This document shows positions 25,916-38,078 of a DNA stretch of 64,000 nucleotides, piece after piece. Under the pieces are notes generated by a model that saw only the letters and a program-made list of their open reading frames with translations, was not told the DNA's origin and searched no databases. Each line of letters starts with the position of its first letter. Position 1 is the first letter of the stretch. The stretch comes from Octopus sinensis (taxonomy: Eukaryota), in contig NC_043003.1 of NCBI RefSeq assembly GCF_006345805.1, positions 49,662,001 through 49,726,000 on the forward strand. Reading direction: 5' to 3'. The translations under genes were made by a program, and so were the position numbers.

Positions 25916-27500
25916 TATACACGATGGGCTTCTTTCAGTTTCCATTTACCAAACTCTCTCACAAAGCATTGGTTAGCCTGAGGCTATAGCCGAAGACACT
26001 TGCTCAAAGTGCTGTAGAAAGGGACTGAACCTAAGACCATAGTTTGGGAAAGCAAGTATCTTAACCACACTGCCATGGAGTGTACCTATGGAGTAGGGGT
26101 ATATTTTATAGGAAGCAAGTAATTCTTCTGTGGAATGACTTGTGTTAAAAACAGAATTGTCAGAATATATAAATAAAATAACACAATTGAAAGTATTTCA
26201 TTAATACAAAGCAGGAATTGTTGGCGAAATCCAGATATCTTTGATGGTCATTTTGGCCTGGAGTTACTGTCTCTATTTGTCCTGATGAAATGGCCATTGG
26301 AATTTAAAGTTTTCTTTCTCAAAAGAAGTTCTTTCTGAACGTAACAAAAGGAAGATAATTTACAACACTGTCAAAGGAACCAGTTGCAAATTCAGTGAAG
26401 CAGAGACCATTGAAATGGCATTGGAAGAGACAGAGAGAATAGATGGTTTGATATTTGGCCAATGGCTGGGGAATGTGGGTGAGCAAACATTTTGCTTATT
26501 ATTCAAATAGCTTTGACATAGATCTCGTTGAAAATGTTAGTAAGGATACAGGTATTTCTGCATGTAAGTAAGTAAGTATGCATACATACATATGTGTGTG
26601 TGTGTTTGTGTAAATCAGTGGATGTGATTGTATGCCTGTGGGCATGCAATGTGATTGTATGCATGCTCTCCATTTATGACGAGCTCTTCACTGTTGATCA
26701 TATCTGTGCTATATGACAAATAAGCAGCAGTTGAGAACTGTAGTATTTACGTTTACAGAAGTGAACGATTAGTGAGAAATTAATGGAAATATATATATAA
26801 GAAATGAGTTCTTGCGGAATGCAACCCGATTCAAGAGCGGTCCATATACGGCAGTCTAAGTTAAATAAATTGTCAACAGGTTAAACCTGTCTTCTGCTGA
26901 TTGATATAAATGCGCCTTTTTCTCCTTCTTTCTTTAACCTTTTTTTATTTCTAGTTTGTTTGTTTGTTTGGTTAGTTCAAATTGTTTTTTTTTTTCTTTT
27001 TCTTCTTCTGCTTTGCAGAGCTCTGCATCAGATTGAATAAAAGTATTAAAGTCAGTTTTTAGTAGATGACATTAATATATTTATTTGTATTTATTGAACA
27101 GCTGTGGTCTGTGGAGAGTGTGTGTGGGTGTGGGGTAGTGGTGGTGGTGGTGGTGGTGGTGGGGGAAGGAGTTCCGGTGAAATTGTCTTCGTTCATTTGT
27201 TCATTTGTGTCTATGTCTGCCTATGAAAGCTATAGCTGGTCTTGGATGCTAGACAAATAGTATTCATTAATCTTCTTTACCAAAATCACTCTTCTTCAGA
27301 TTTGTGTGTGTGTGTGTGTGTGTACGTGCGCATGTATGTGTGTGTGTTCGTGCACAAGAGTGAGAGAGAAAGAGTGATAGAGAGAGATATCTGTGTATAT
27401 ATGTGTTGGGATGTCTTTGCATATGTCTATGCCTGTCTACATGTAAATGTCTGTATCTGTTTGTATGTGTGTACGTGTTTGTTTGTTTGTTCGTGTGTGT

Positions 27501-27710
27501 GTGCATGTGTGTATATCTCTTTATTCGTGTGTGTACGTGTGAGTGCATGTGTGTATATCTCTTTATTCGTGTGTGTACGTGTGAGTGCATGTGTGTATAT
27601 CTCTTTATTCGTGTGTGTACGTGTGAGTGCATGTGTGTATATCTCTTTATTCGTGTGTGTACGTGTGAGTGCATGTGTGTATGTCTCTTTATTTGTGTGT
27701 GTATGTGCAT
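27501..27710. repeat. 42-bp tandem minisatellite, ~5 units
   Basis: Unit GTGCATGTGTGTATATCTCTTTATTCGTGTGTGTACGTGTGA starting at 27501, 27543, 27585, 27627 and 27669. Confidence 0.9.
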
Positions 27711-28514
27711 GTGAGAGAATGATAGAGGAAAAGAAATATCTCTATGTGTATGTGTATTCGAGATGTCTGTATATATGTACATCTGTCTGCATGTTAATGT
27801 TTGTGTATATGTGTGTGTGTGTTTGTGTGCGCATACATGTATGCATGTGTAAATGTACCTGATCTTGTGTATGTATGTATGCATGTATGTATGTATGCAT
27901 GTATGTATGTATGTATGTATGTGTATGTCTTTGTGTATTTATATGTGTGTGTTCTAAATTGATTAAAGAATTCTTGGTTTTGAGAACTTAATCTCTCTTT
28001 GTTTCTTCTTAGTTTGAGATTGTGGCAAAAATTTCTGGAAAATAAGTTGGCATAAAAATAATCTTATTGCAATATTTTTTACCCTCTTTACGTCAACAAT
28101 ATTATATTCCTGTGTCTTTTTATTTCAATCTTTTCCGATGGCATCTTTGGCTATTTATTTCATTGTTGTATTTTATTTTGTTATCTTTTCATTTATCTAT
28201 TTGTTGTTATTATTATTATTGTTGTTGTTGTTGCTATTGTTATCATTTATTATCTCTTCTCTTCTATACTGACATGGACTGGATGGTTGTGAAAACTTAG
28301 GTCTTTGCAAAAAAAAAAATCATTAGAACCAAAACATACCACAATGGAATGCTCTGAACACTGACCATTGAACAATAACAGAGAATTGTTGAAGAACTGA
28401 CAGTAACCGAAATGGTTCCTATCAACTCTTCCAGATGCTGACTATTTAACAGAGAGGCAGTCAATCAAATATTTGAAAGTGACTTGTGATTCTTTACTCC
28501 TTAAGTTGTAGAGG

Positions 28515-28760
28515 CACATGGCTTGGTGGTTAGGGTGTTGGACTTACAATGATCATAAGACTGTGGTTTCAATTCCTGGACTGGGCAATATGTTGTGTTC
28601 TTGAGGAAAACATATCATTTCATGTTGTTCTAGTCCATTCAGCTGGCAAAAATGAGTAACCCTGTGACAGACCGGTGCCCTACCTAGGTGGGGAATATAT
28701 ATGCCATGAAACTGGGTAATCGGCCCTTATGAGTCAGTATGACTTGAGAAGGTGACTTTA
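28515..28760 (+). mobile_element. tRNA-derived SINE with degenerate V-domain-like segment
   Basis: GGCTTGGTGGTTAGGG...GGTTTCAATTCC...CCCTGTGACAGACCGGTGCCC; sibling at 48975-49225. Confidence 0.6.
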
Positions 28761-28806
28761 CAGTTCTATATTTAAGAGATGAGGAATTATGTACACTCTT
28801 TATATC

Positions 28807-28950
28807 ATTTACATTATTTACATTCGATGGATATTTCTCGAATGTCATATGCTCACAGGCATATGGTGTAGTGGTTAAGAGCACGGGCTACTAACCCTAA
28901 GATTCTGAGTTCGATTTCAAGCAGTGACCTGAACACTAACAATAATAATA

Positions 28951-29011
<61 letters not shown>

Positions 29012-29178
29012 TGATAACAAAAACAACAACTACATTGAAAAATACCTTAGGAATGAGAACCCAGGTTCGAAATTTCCCCGAGACACCTGAAGAAGGCTGG
29101 AGGGTATATCAGCTGAAACATTGTGTTAACAATGAACAAGATGAGGACAAATATCTGTCGAATGTAAATAATGTAAAT
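28807..29178 (+). mobile_element. Element with tRNA-like head, (AAT)n, hammerhead motif and 30-bp terminal inverted repeats
   Basis: Inverted repeats 28807-28836 and 29149-29178 (28/30). A box TGGTGTAGTGG at 28864, B box GAGTTCGATTTC at 28907. Hammerhead-like motif at 29083-29126. Confidence 0.65.
29083..29126 (+). ncRNA. Near-intact minimal type I hammerhead motif
   Basis: acac-CTGAAGA-a-ggctg-gagggtatat-cagct-GAAAC-ATT-gtgt. The only core defect is G16.2 changed to A (ACGT to ACAT). Confidence 0.65.
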
Positions 29179-29564
29179 AAGGTGACTTTATCTTTATTTA
29201 CTCCTTAAGTTGATTCCAACTATTGTTGTTTAATTCTATAGCATTTAAACTGGTCATATCCAGTCGAAATAATCTTCTTGTTTTTATGTTCAAACTGACC
29301 AAATCTGGCCCCTCACTCCTACCCTACAATGTCATTCTAAAAATAAACTACCATGTCAGCAGTATCTCAAAGCTATGAGATAATACATTATTAATTCAAT
29401 ACAATGTGAATAAATAATCATTACATTTGACAAAGTTGTCTGAATGCTAAAGAGTTAATGACATATTCTGGCCCCAAGACATGCTGGAATTTCTCATTTA
29501 CTTACTAAAGTCCATCCACTCCCTATGAAGTATAGGCCATTCATGATTTATCTCCACTATTGCT

Positions 29565-30155
29565 GCAGGAGTGGCTGTGTGATAGGTAGCTTGCTTACCA
29601 ACCACCTGGTTCTAGGTTCAGTTCCACTGTTTGGCACCTTAGGCAAGTGTCTTCTGCTATAGCCTTGGGCCAACCAAAGCTTTGTGAGTGGATTTGGTGG
29701 ACAGAAACTGAAAGAAGCCTGTCATATATATATATATATATGTATGTATATATACAGGTGCAGGAGTGGCTGTGTGGTAAGTAGCTTGCTAACCAACCAC
29801 ATGGTTCCGGGTTCAGTCCCACTGCGTGGCACCTTGGGCAAGTGTCTTCTGCTATAGCCCCGGGCCGACCAATGCCTTGTGAGTGGATTTGGTAGACGGA
29901 AACTGAAAGAAGCCTGTCGTATATATGTATGTGTGTGTGTTTGTGTGTCTGTGTTTGTCCCCCTAGCATTGCTTGACAACAGATGCTGGTGTGTTTACGT
30001 CCCCGTCACTTAGCGGTTTGGCAAAAGAGACCGATAGAATAAGTACTGGGCTTACAAAGGATAAGTCCCGGGGTCGATTTGCTCGACTAAAGGCAGTGCT
30101 CCAGCATGGCCGCAGTCAAATGACTGAAACAAGTAAAAGAGTAAAGAGTAAGAGT
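29565..30155 (+). mobile_element. CORE-type SINE preceded by a duplicated head half
   Basis: Head at ~29565-29722, then a complete copy at 29757-30155. Confidence 0.8.
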
Positions 30156-30194
30156 ATATGTATATACATACATATATATATATATAATATATAT

Positions 30195-30241
<47 letters not shown>

Positions 30242-30669
30242 GTATATATATAAGGGGAGAATACCACTTAGCATTTCACCCAGCATGCTAACGTTTCTGC
30301 CAGTTAACATTTCTGTCTACCAAATCCACTCACAAGGCTTTGGGTCAATTTGAAGCTCTAGTAGAAGACACTTGCTGAAGGTGTCACACAGTGGGACTGA
30401 ACCTGGAATAGTACTGACGGGAAGCAAATTTCTTGCCACACACCCATGGCTGCACCTAGATGTCGTTCAATTAAAAAAAATAAATTAGTCATCAGAAAAT
30501 TGACTTAATTATATTCATATGTGATATGACTTTTGTATGGATGTGAAAATTTATTCAGACATTTCCCAGGAGAGCAGACATAGTAAAGGTTATTATGCAC
30601 TGTTTCTATCAGCAAAGGCCAAGAATTCAAATTTGTTATTAAACATATTTGTGGTTAATTACTGATTGT

Positions 30670-30935
30670 GAGTTTGATTTCCAGACCGGGCCGTGTGTTA
30701 TGTTCTTGAGCCAAGACACTTTATTTCACGTTGCTCCAGTCCACTAAGCTGTAGAAATGAGTTGCGATGTCACTGGTTCCAAGCTGTATCGGCCTTTGCC
30801 TTTCCCTGGGATAACTTCGGTGGCGTAAAGAGGGGAGGCTGATATGCATGGGTGACTGCTGGTCTTCCATAAATCCTTGTCCAGACTTGTTCTTAGGAGG
30901 AGAACTTTCTAGGAGCAATCCCATGGTCAGTCATG
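30670..30935 (+). mobile_element. tRNA-derived SINE
   Basis: TTTGATTTCCAGACCGGG...TTCTTGAGCCAAGACACTTTATTTCACGTTGCTCCAGTCCAC. Confidence 0.55.
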
Positions 30936-31439
30936 ACACTTGCCCAAGGTGTCATGCAGTAGAACTGAACCTAGAACCACGTGGTTAGGAAGCAATTATA
31001 TCTAAGATACAACCTCCAAGTCCAGTCCTTGTTGCAGGGTGGTGGCTTGTGTGCCCCAATGACCCTGGGAGCCATGCTAGTGGAAAGTAAGCTTTTGTTA
31101 GGATCTCCCATGCTGGACAGGTCAAAGGACAGAGATCAGACTAATATGGACCCTGCCACCTCTATCTAAAGGTAAAAATGGGTTTGCATAGACCCAACAC
31201 CCCTATCTACAAAAAACTCCAAAAACTAAGTTACAGAAGCATCAATGACAATTCAAACCCATCAAGACCTGAGAGAGGAAGGCCTTCTTTCATGGGGTGC
31301 CATCCTCCTGCTACTGACGGGGTGGATCTGAAGACAGCTCAGTGTTGTGAATAGAGGAAAAAATGTTTTTGATAGCCTGTGCTTCATAGGGAGCAAATGG
31401 TTTAAGTAAGTGAATATATCTAAGGTAATGGTTTCAGAT

Positions 31440-31650
31440 TTTGGCACAAGGCCAGCAACTTTAGGGAAGAGCATAAGTTGATTACATTGATCCCCAGTAC
31501 TCAACTGATACTTATTTTATTGACTCTGAAGGAATGAAAGATAAAGTTGACCTTAGAAGAGTTTGAACTCAGAACGTGGGGCCAGATGAAATGCCACTAA
31601 GCATTTTGTCCAGCATGCTAATGATTCTGCCAGCTCACTACCTTAGTATA
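31440..31650 (-). mobile_element. tRNA-derived SINE (same family as the trains at 13.8 kb and 43.6 kb)
   Basis: GCACAAGGCCAGC...GAAGGAATGAAAGATAAAGTTGACC...TTTGAACTCAG. Confidence 0.65.
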
Positions 31651-32429
31651 TCTAAGATAATATATTGGTGATGTCGGAAAATCTTTCATCACACACCTGT
31701 GACCTCTTCAGCGACTCTTCCATTTCACATAGTGTGATATCTTCTTCCTTTTTAAAAGTGGCAAGGTGTTACATTAAGAGGACTTGATTACTATATCTAG
31801 CAGACCAGGCAGCCACATACAAGCAACTTGCTTTAGCTCATGCTTTTAGAATGTTAAGCATTGTTTCTATTTCTTTACCAAAATCTACCCCATGTGCTGT
31901 GACTGTGAATATTGCAGACGTTATTTATATATAAATCCTAGAATTTTAGTTTCTCTGTATTTGTAATATATTCATGTTGTTTCGTGTCACGATTGGTTGT
32001 ATTGATGTTCTTTGATTGGTATTGCCACTAAGAAAACAGATGGTGTATTTTAGTAGATGTTTTTATTAGTTCAGAAACTGTTTTATCTTTATTTGTTTTT
32101 TAACATCATGATCATCATCATGATCATCATCATGATCATCATAATAATAATAATTATTATTATTTTTGGTGGTTGCGGAAAAGTTAGAGTATGTCTAGGC
32201 AATGGTTGAATTAGTTTAGTCTTGTCGATAACATGATAACATTTCAAATGTGTTTTATTCTTTCAACTTGTGATGTTTGTAAATGAGCATTACCATCATC
32301 GTACAAGTGATATTGTTCGTGTCCAGCCTTCCATAATATACACATACACACACACACACACAAACACAAACACACACACACACACACACACATATATACA
32401 TGCCTGATCAAGTAAGAGGAAATATTACC

Positions 32430-32830
32430 TTAGTTGGAAAGCACATAAATGTTGGTGACAGGAAAGGTGTCCAGCCATAAAGATAAATTGCCTAAGCAAA
32501 TTCTGTCTGAGCCATGCAAGCATGGAAAAGTGGACGTTAAATAATGATGATGATGGCAATGATGATGATGATGATGATGATGACGATGACGATGAAGCTG
32601 ACTACGACGATGATGACAACAATAATGATGACGACGATAACAACAGCAACAACGATGATGACAATGAATTCAACAGTGACAAGAACAACGATGATGGTAT
32701 TGATGATGATGATGAGGAGGAGGATGATGATGATGATGATGATGACGACGACGATGACGATGATGATAATGATGATGATGACGATGATGATGATGATGAC
32801 GACGACGACGACGATGATGATGATGATGTT
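32430..32830 (+). repeat. RTE 3' terminus with an expanded mixed (GAT/GAC/AAC/GAG) tail
   Basis: GCATGGAAAAGTGGACGTTAAAT is followed directly by ~290 bp of trinucleotide array. Confidence 0.8.
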
Positions 32831-32919
32831 GAACAGAGTTTCTGAAGTACAGAAACCCTATTATGGATTGAACAGAATTTGTTAAGGCAGATTTTCTACA
32901 GCTAGATGTCTCTCCTTTC

Positions 32920-33070
32920 ATCAAGACTGGATGGAACCTGTGAAAGAAGGGAGACCCAGGAAGGCATGAGATGAAGTGGTGAGGGCTGATCTCAGGATGT
33001 TGGACCTCATGGAAGAGATGACAATTGGCTGAGTTGTCTGGCAATATGAGGTTCTTTAGAAGACCTACCC
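32920..33070 (+). pseudogene. RTE LINE ORF C-terminal fragment
   Basis: GGAACCTGTGAAAGAAGGGAGACCCAGGAAGGCATGAGATGAAGTGGTG is a degenerate GRPRK.WDEVV. Confidence 0.55.
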
Positions 33071-33844
33071 ACTTCAGTGAAACTGAGTTATAGAAGCAAC
33101 TGTAGGTTCTACCCACATGTAACAACAAGACTTTTTCCATGCCCTGCCCCAACAAACCAAATGACATCTCTCCTCTTCCTCACAGTTCTTATGCCCTATG
33201 CTTATGTTTATCTATTGCTTCCCAATCCTGTCCCCACTGACCTGCTCACTGATTCATTACTATCCTATTGTCCCCCATCCTCTCTATATACCCAGGTTTT
33301 TACCAATCACAGCATTCCCCACCCCCACACTCTTTGCATTCATGTGCAGTCTCACTCCCTACTCATGCACCTTGGAAATACCCTACCATTTAGATTCTGA
33401 CCCTGCATCTTGAAGGTATGCCCTTCCACTTTGACAACACTTATCTCTCCCTTGCTCTACTCTACCATCCCATTTATATTCTGATCCCTGTTTTTTGTGA
33501 GCATACCCAGACACTTCACCACCATTTCTCTACTGCTCTCTTGCACTCTTATTCTCTTCCACACTCTCTCTTTCTCTTGGTCTCTCTCTCTCTCCTCTCT
33601 CTCCTCTCCCTCCCTTTCTATTTCTCTCTCTCTCTCCTCTCTCTCTTCTCCCTCCCTTTCTATTTCTCTCTCTCTCCTCTCTCTCTTTCTATTTCTCTCT
33701 CTCTCTCTCTCTCTCACTGGGTAACCATGTATCTCCTCTACAGCAAGACACCTGCTTCTGTCTTCTGTCTTTCTGGCACAAAATCACCTCCTCCAATGTC
33801 CCCTACTCTCGCAAAGAATCTTTGTTTCTGCAAGTTTGCTTGGT

Positions 33845-34135
33845 GACACCACCAGTGCTGGAGCCACATAAAAGGCGTCCAGTTCTCACTCTAAAGTGGT
33901 TGGCATTTGAAAGGGCACCCAACTGTAAAAAATCATGTCAAAACTGACCTCACCTGTGCTGGTGCCACATAAAAAGCACTGTCCACTCTGCAGGGCGGCT
34001 GGTGTTAGGATGGACATCCAACTGTAAAATCCATGCCAAAACAGATGGTGAAGTATGGTGCAGGAGCCTAGCCAGCTCCTTTCAAACTGTCCAACCCATG
34101 GAAACCAGACATTAAATGATGATGATGATCATGAT
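33845..34135 (+). mobile_element. RTE LINE 3' UTR fragment
   Basis: Two GGTTGGCATT/GGTGTTAGG...CATCCAACTGTAAAA subrepeats and a (GAT)n tail. Confidence 0.65.
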
Positions 34136-34526
34136 ACATATATACATATACATGTATATATATGATACATACGCACACACACACACACACACACATATAT
34201 ATGTGATGTTAGTTCTTTGTAAATGTTCTTATTTTAAATGAACATATCTTTTAATTTATTTAGATTTATTAATTTTTACCATTAATCAATTTACCCTGGG
34301 TATACAGGTCTTTTTTCCTTCTTCTAAAGCTATTTTTTGATTTAAGGATTTCTTCAATTTTTATAATAATATGATTTTAAACCATAATTGTAATTTCATA
34401 TAACCAGTTATTGAAATGACTGTTAGTTGAAAGGAGCAATGGAATAAAACCATTTTCAAATATGTATCTATCAAAGCAATTGTATATTTATGCATATAAC
34501 CGTATTTTGTTCCATTCCAAACCAAA

Positions 34527-34565
34527 ACTGTCTGATGAACAGGGACATGCAACTCTGAGTAACAG
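34527..34565 (+). ncRNA. Degenerate hammerhead motif, sibling of 2237-2274
   Basis: actgt-CTGATGA-acagggacat-GCAAC-tctgag-TA-acag. A13 is changed to C and stem II is disrupted. Confidence 0.45.
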
Positions 34566-34797
34566 CTTTTGTGATGACATTGCAGTTTTATTGATATAGC
34601 ATATTACTCTACCTCCGGTATTTGAGTACTATTTTTCTCCACCTTGTTTCACATTTATGCGCTTACTCTAGTATGTATATATATCTTTATATATATATAT
34701 ATATATAATTTCAACAATTGAGGGTAAAATTAATTAATTATTAATCAATTTCACCAAGTATTCAGTATGTAAAGGGACCATTATAGGCGAATTCAAA

Positions 34798-35064
34798 ATA
34801 TTACATTATATATAAGGGCTTAGTAAAATAAATTACTTTGCCACATACTGAACTCATTAGAAATAGCAGCTAAAGAAATTTCTTCAGCTATTTCTAATAC
34901 TTAAAGAAGATCTCTCTCAGATATCTGGGTATGCTCACTATCTGAGAGAGATCTTCTTTAAGTATTAGAAATAGCTGAAGAAATTTCTTTAGCTGCTATT
35001 TCTAATGAGTTCAGTATGTGGCAAAGTAATTTATTTTACTAAGCCCTTATATATAATGTAATAT
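34798..35064. repeat. Perfect inverted repeat, 126-bp arms, 15-nt spacer
   Basis: 34798-34923 is the reverse complement of 34939-35064; spacer TCTGGGTATGCTCAC. Confidence 0.9.
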
Positions 35065-35097
35065 ATATATATATATATATATATGTATATGTATATA

Positions 35098-35490
35098 GAT
35101 GCAGGAGTGGGTGTGTGGTAAGTAGCTTGCTTACCAACCACATGTTTCCGGATTCATTCCCACTATGTGGCACCTTGGGCAAGTGTCTTCTACTATAACT
35201 TTGGGCCGACCAAAGCTTTGTGATTGGATTTGGTAGCCGGAAACTGAAGGAAGCCTGTCGTATATATGTATGGGTGTGTGTGTGTATTTTTGTGTGTCTG
35301 TGTTTGTCCCCCCAACATCGCTATACAACCAATGATGGTGTGTTTACATCCCCGTAACCCAGTGGTTCGGTAAAAGAGACCTATAGAATAAGTACTAGGC
35401 TTACAATGAATAAGTCCTGGGGTTGATTTTCTCAACTAAAGGTGGTACTCAAGAATGGTAGCAGTCAAATGACTGAAACAAGTAAAAAGA
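35098..35490 (+). mobile_element. Full-length CORE-type SINE
   Basis: Head, CCTTGGGCAAGTGTC, internal microsatellite and tail. Confidence 0.85.
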
Positions 35491-35507
35491 GAGTATATAT
35501 ATATATA

Positions 35508-35769
35508 TAGTGAATTGAAGAAATGGAGTTGAACGAAGATTGAACAGAAATCGTTTTATTGCATTCTACACGTGTTTCGAAAGGCACAATTTACCAAATT
35601 CCGATTGAATAATGAGACCATATTGTGTCTTTCTTCCTGAAGAGAAAGACACAATATGGTCTCATTATTCAATCGGAATTTGGTAAATTGTGCCTTTCGA
35701 AACACGTGTAGAATGCAATAAAACGATTTCTGTTCAATCTTCGTTCAACTCCATTTCTTCAATTCACTA
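35508..35769. repeat. Perfect inverted repeat, 127-bp arms, 8-nt spacer
   Basis: 35508-35634 is the reverse complement of 35643-35769; spacer TCCTGAAG. Confidence 0.9.
35634..35713 (+). ncRNA. Intact-core minimal type I hammerhead ribozyme (Penelope-type, palindromic stem III)
   Basis: ttc-CTGAAGA(35637-43)-gaaagacacaat...attgtgcctttc (11/12 bp stem II)-GAAA-C-acgt-G-TA-gaa. GUA triplet, predicted cleavage after 35710. Confidence 0.75.
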
Positions 35770-35947
35770 ATAATATTAAAATTCAATTATCCGCACCAAC
35801 GCACGGTTGCAACACCATATGGTTGTACCTCCAACCGTGCTGTCTTCTGCTGTGATTTTTGCTACCAAGGTATCGGTTAAACTTTTGATTAATCTGCAAC
35901 AAGATTATTCATCTTTCTATTTCACAAAATATATATATATATATATA

Positions 35948-36448
35948 TATAATCAAAAGGGTAATAATATAGATTACTACCAGTGGCCCAGCACAAAAGA
36001 CGAATTAGTCATTAGACAAAATATTATTCATAAAGAAAAATATTATTCATGTAGAAATATAATTAAGGGCTCCTAAATAAGGATGCCAAGTGCTAGGGAC
36101 ACAAAAAAGGGATAAATTTATCGAGAGTGAAAATCAAAAACATTTACCGATAATGATACATCCCAGACTGATATCAGTTTCTACCTCTTTCTAGCAAAAC
36201 AGATAGAATATGTTTGCTAAGGCCGGTTTCATCAGCGAGACGCCTAAGTTGAATCGAGATGCGCAGCGCGTTAGACCATGCGTTGATCTAAACAACTTGC
36301 AGATCTCAACTTTTCAAATCTCTGCGCAGATGCAAAATCTACCCGGCGATATAGGGCATGCCGGGAAAAAATTTTACGAATAAATCTATCAAGTAATATG
36401 TGAATATAATCAAAAGGGTAATAATATAGATTATTACCAGTGGTCCAG
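35948..36448. mobile_element. Segment bounded by 44-bp direct repeats; probable Penelope-like pseudo-LTR remnant
   Basis: TATAATCAAAAGGGTAATAATATAGATTA.TACCAGTGG.CCAG at 35948-35991 and 36405-36448 (42/44). The PLE assignment is inference from the adjacent hammerhead and hairpin. Confidence 0.4.
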
Positions 36449-38026
36449 AAAATTACACACATACACATTATATACATACATATGAAAGTCTTTTCTAACT
36501 CTTCATTGTCATTATTTAATCTCCCTTTCCAGCTCTACCCTTGTTATTCCTATCCACTCTTTTCTATAATGTGAGTAGCCATGTACCTTCTCTACAGCAA
36601 GAAACTCTTTCTGATTTAGCCCCCTCTTTCATACATTTAACCTTTCATCTACCATACCATAAAGCCATCGTGTTCTCTACTGCTGTGACCTCACTAATGC
36701 ATACTGGTACCACAAAAAGAAAGCATCCAGTGCCTTCTGTAAAATGGTTGATGTTAGAAATGGTAGCAAACCATAGAAAACATGACAAAGTAGACATTTG
36801 AATTGGACATAATGCAGTCTTCAGACCTATTGGATCCTGTTAAGCCTTCTGATCCAAACCAGCATTGAAGATGGATGCTAGAAGATGACGATGATGTTGG
36901 TGATGTTGATGATGATGATGATGATGATGATGATTGTCATCATTGAAGTTTTCCTCATAAAAAGTCAAGTCTTTGACTTTCCTTGTTCCATATTCCATAT
37001 TCATTGTTCCATCGTTATTGACATCATCATCATCACCATTTAATGACTTTGTTCCATGCTAACCTGGGCTGGATATTTGATGGTACCCCGTGAGCCCAAG
37101 GATGGCATCATGCTCTAATGTTTACTTTGGCATGGTTTTCCTGGCTGGATGCCCTTCCAAACACTGATCCCTTTACAGCATGTACTGGGTATATTTTTTT
37201 CTTTTTAGGTCACCTGTTCAAGTTTTATGGTTTCTAAAGTGGACAATTAATTCTTATAACTCTCAAATATATTTCAAATTTTATAGAAATTAACTGTCTG
37301 ATTCAAAGACTATAATTCTTAGGAAAACATAAATAAACTGAAATGTGAAAGAATGAGAGAATATATTATTTTATACTGCTCATGGCATTTGAAATTGGGT
37401 ACGAACTTTTTGAAGATACAATTCTTTTAATGAAGTACTTTAATAATGGCAGCATTCCAATATGTGTCCAATGCTTATGTAGTCAATGAATTTTCTGTGA
37501 AATACAATTCCCTCCTGGTTCTGTTACCAATATTGCAGGAGTTCTTTAAATAAACACAATTTCATATTAATACATACAAATTTAAACATGAAATAATGAA
37601 AGAATAAATAATTTTCTATTTCCCAAAGTATTTGTCACAGCATACTAAGTTTTTGAAAATATGACATTTTTTTTTAAGAGGAATATTAATAGCTGCATCA
37701 TTCCAATATATTATGCTTGTATATTTTGTGTGAAATATAACTGTTTCTTGTATTGTTACAAATATTGGCCGAACACGTTAAGTATATATGATATTTTTTT
37801 TATCTCTATATATAGAAATTTAAATGTGAACTAATAAAAATATATTCCATCTTCTTATTGTATTAACTTTTTTGAAGATATAAATTCAATGTCATTTCAT
37901 AGCAGGGTTCAGTTCCACTCTGTGGCACCTTGGGCATAAGTCATATACAATAGCTCCAGGCCCACCAAAGCCTTGTGAGTAGATTTGTTAGACAGAAACT
38001 GAAAGAACTCCATCTATATGTGTGTG

Positions 38027-38078
<52 letters not shown>

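Noticed and set aside
26200-26565. Coding-like island with CTGATGA and a GTAAGT repeat
   Set aside because: No frame gave a recognisable protein, and the CTGATGA is not followed by a GAAA box; probably an old repeat.
26790-27050. CpG-containing patch and strong acceptor (27018) as a promoter or 5' UTR exon
   Set aside because: Signals of this strength are expected by chance; there is no linked ORF.
28858-28930. tRNA gene
   Set aside because: The acceptor stem does not pair and it is embedded in a repeat. This and the other A/B-box heads are treated as SINE heads.
32522-32845. 107-aa poly-Asp ORF as an acidic biomineralisation-type protein
   Set aside because: It begins inside an RTE 3' terminus and is its expanded tail; there is no signal peptide or splice context. 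The same applies to 42733-43293.
36533-36570. Small exon ALPLLFLSTLFYN resembling SLC35F6 ILLIGTALYN
   Set aside because: It runs into a repeat also seen at ~33715-33760, and the match is short and low-complexity.
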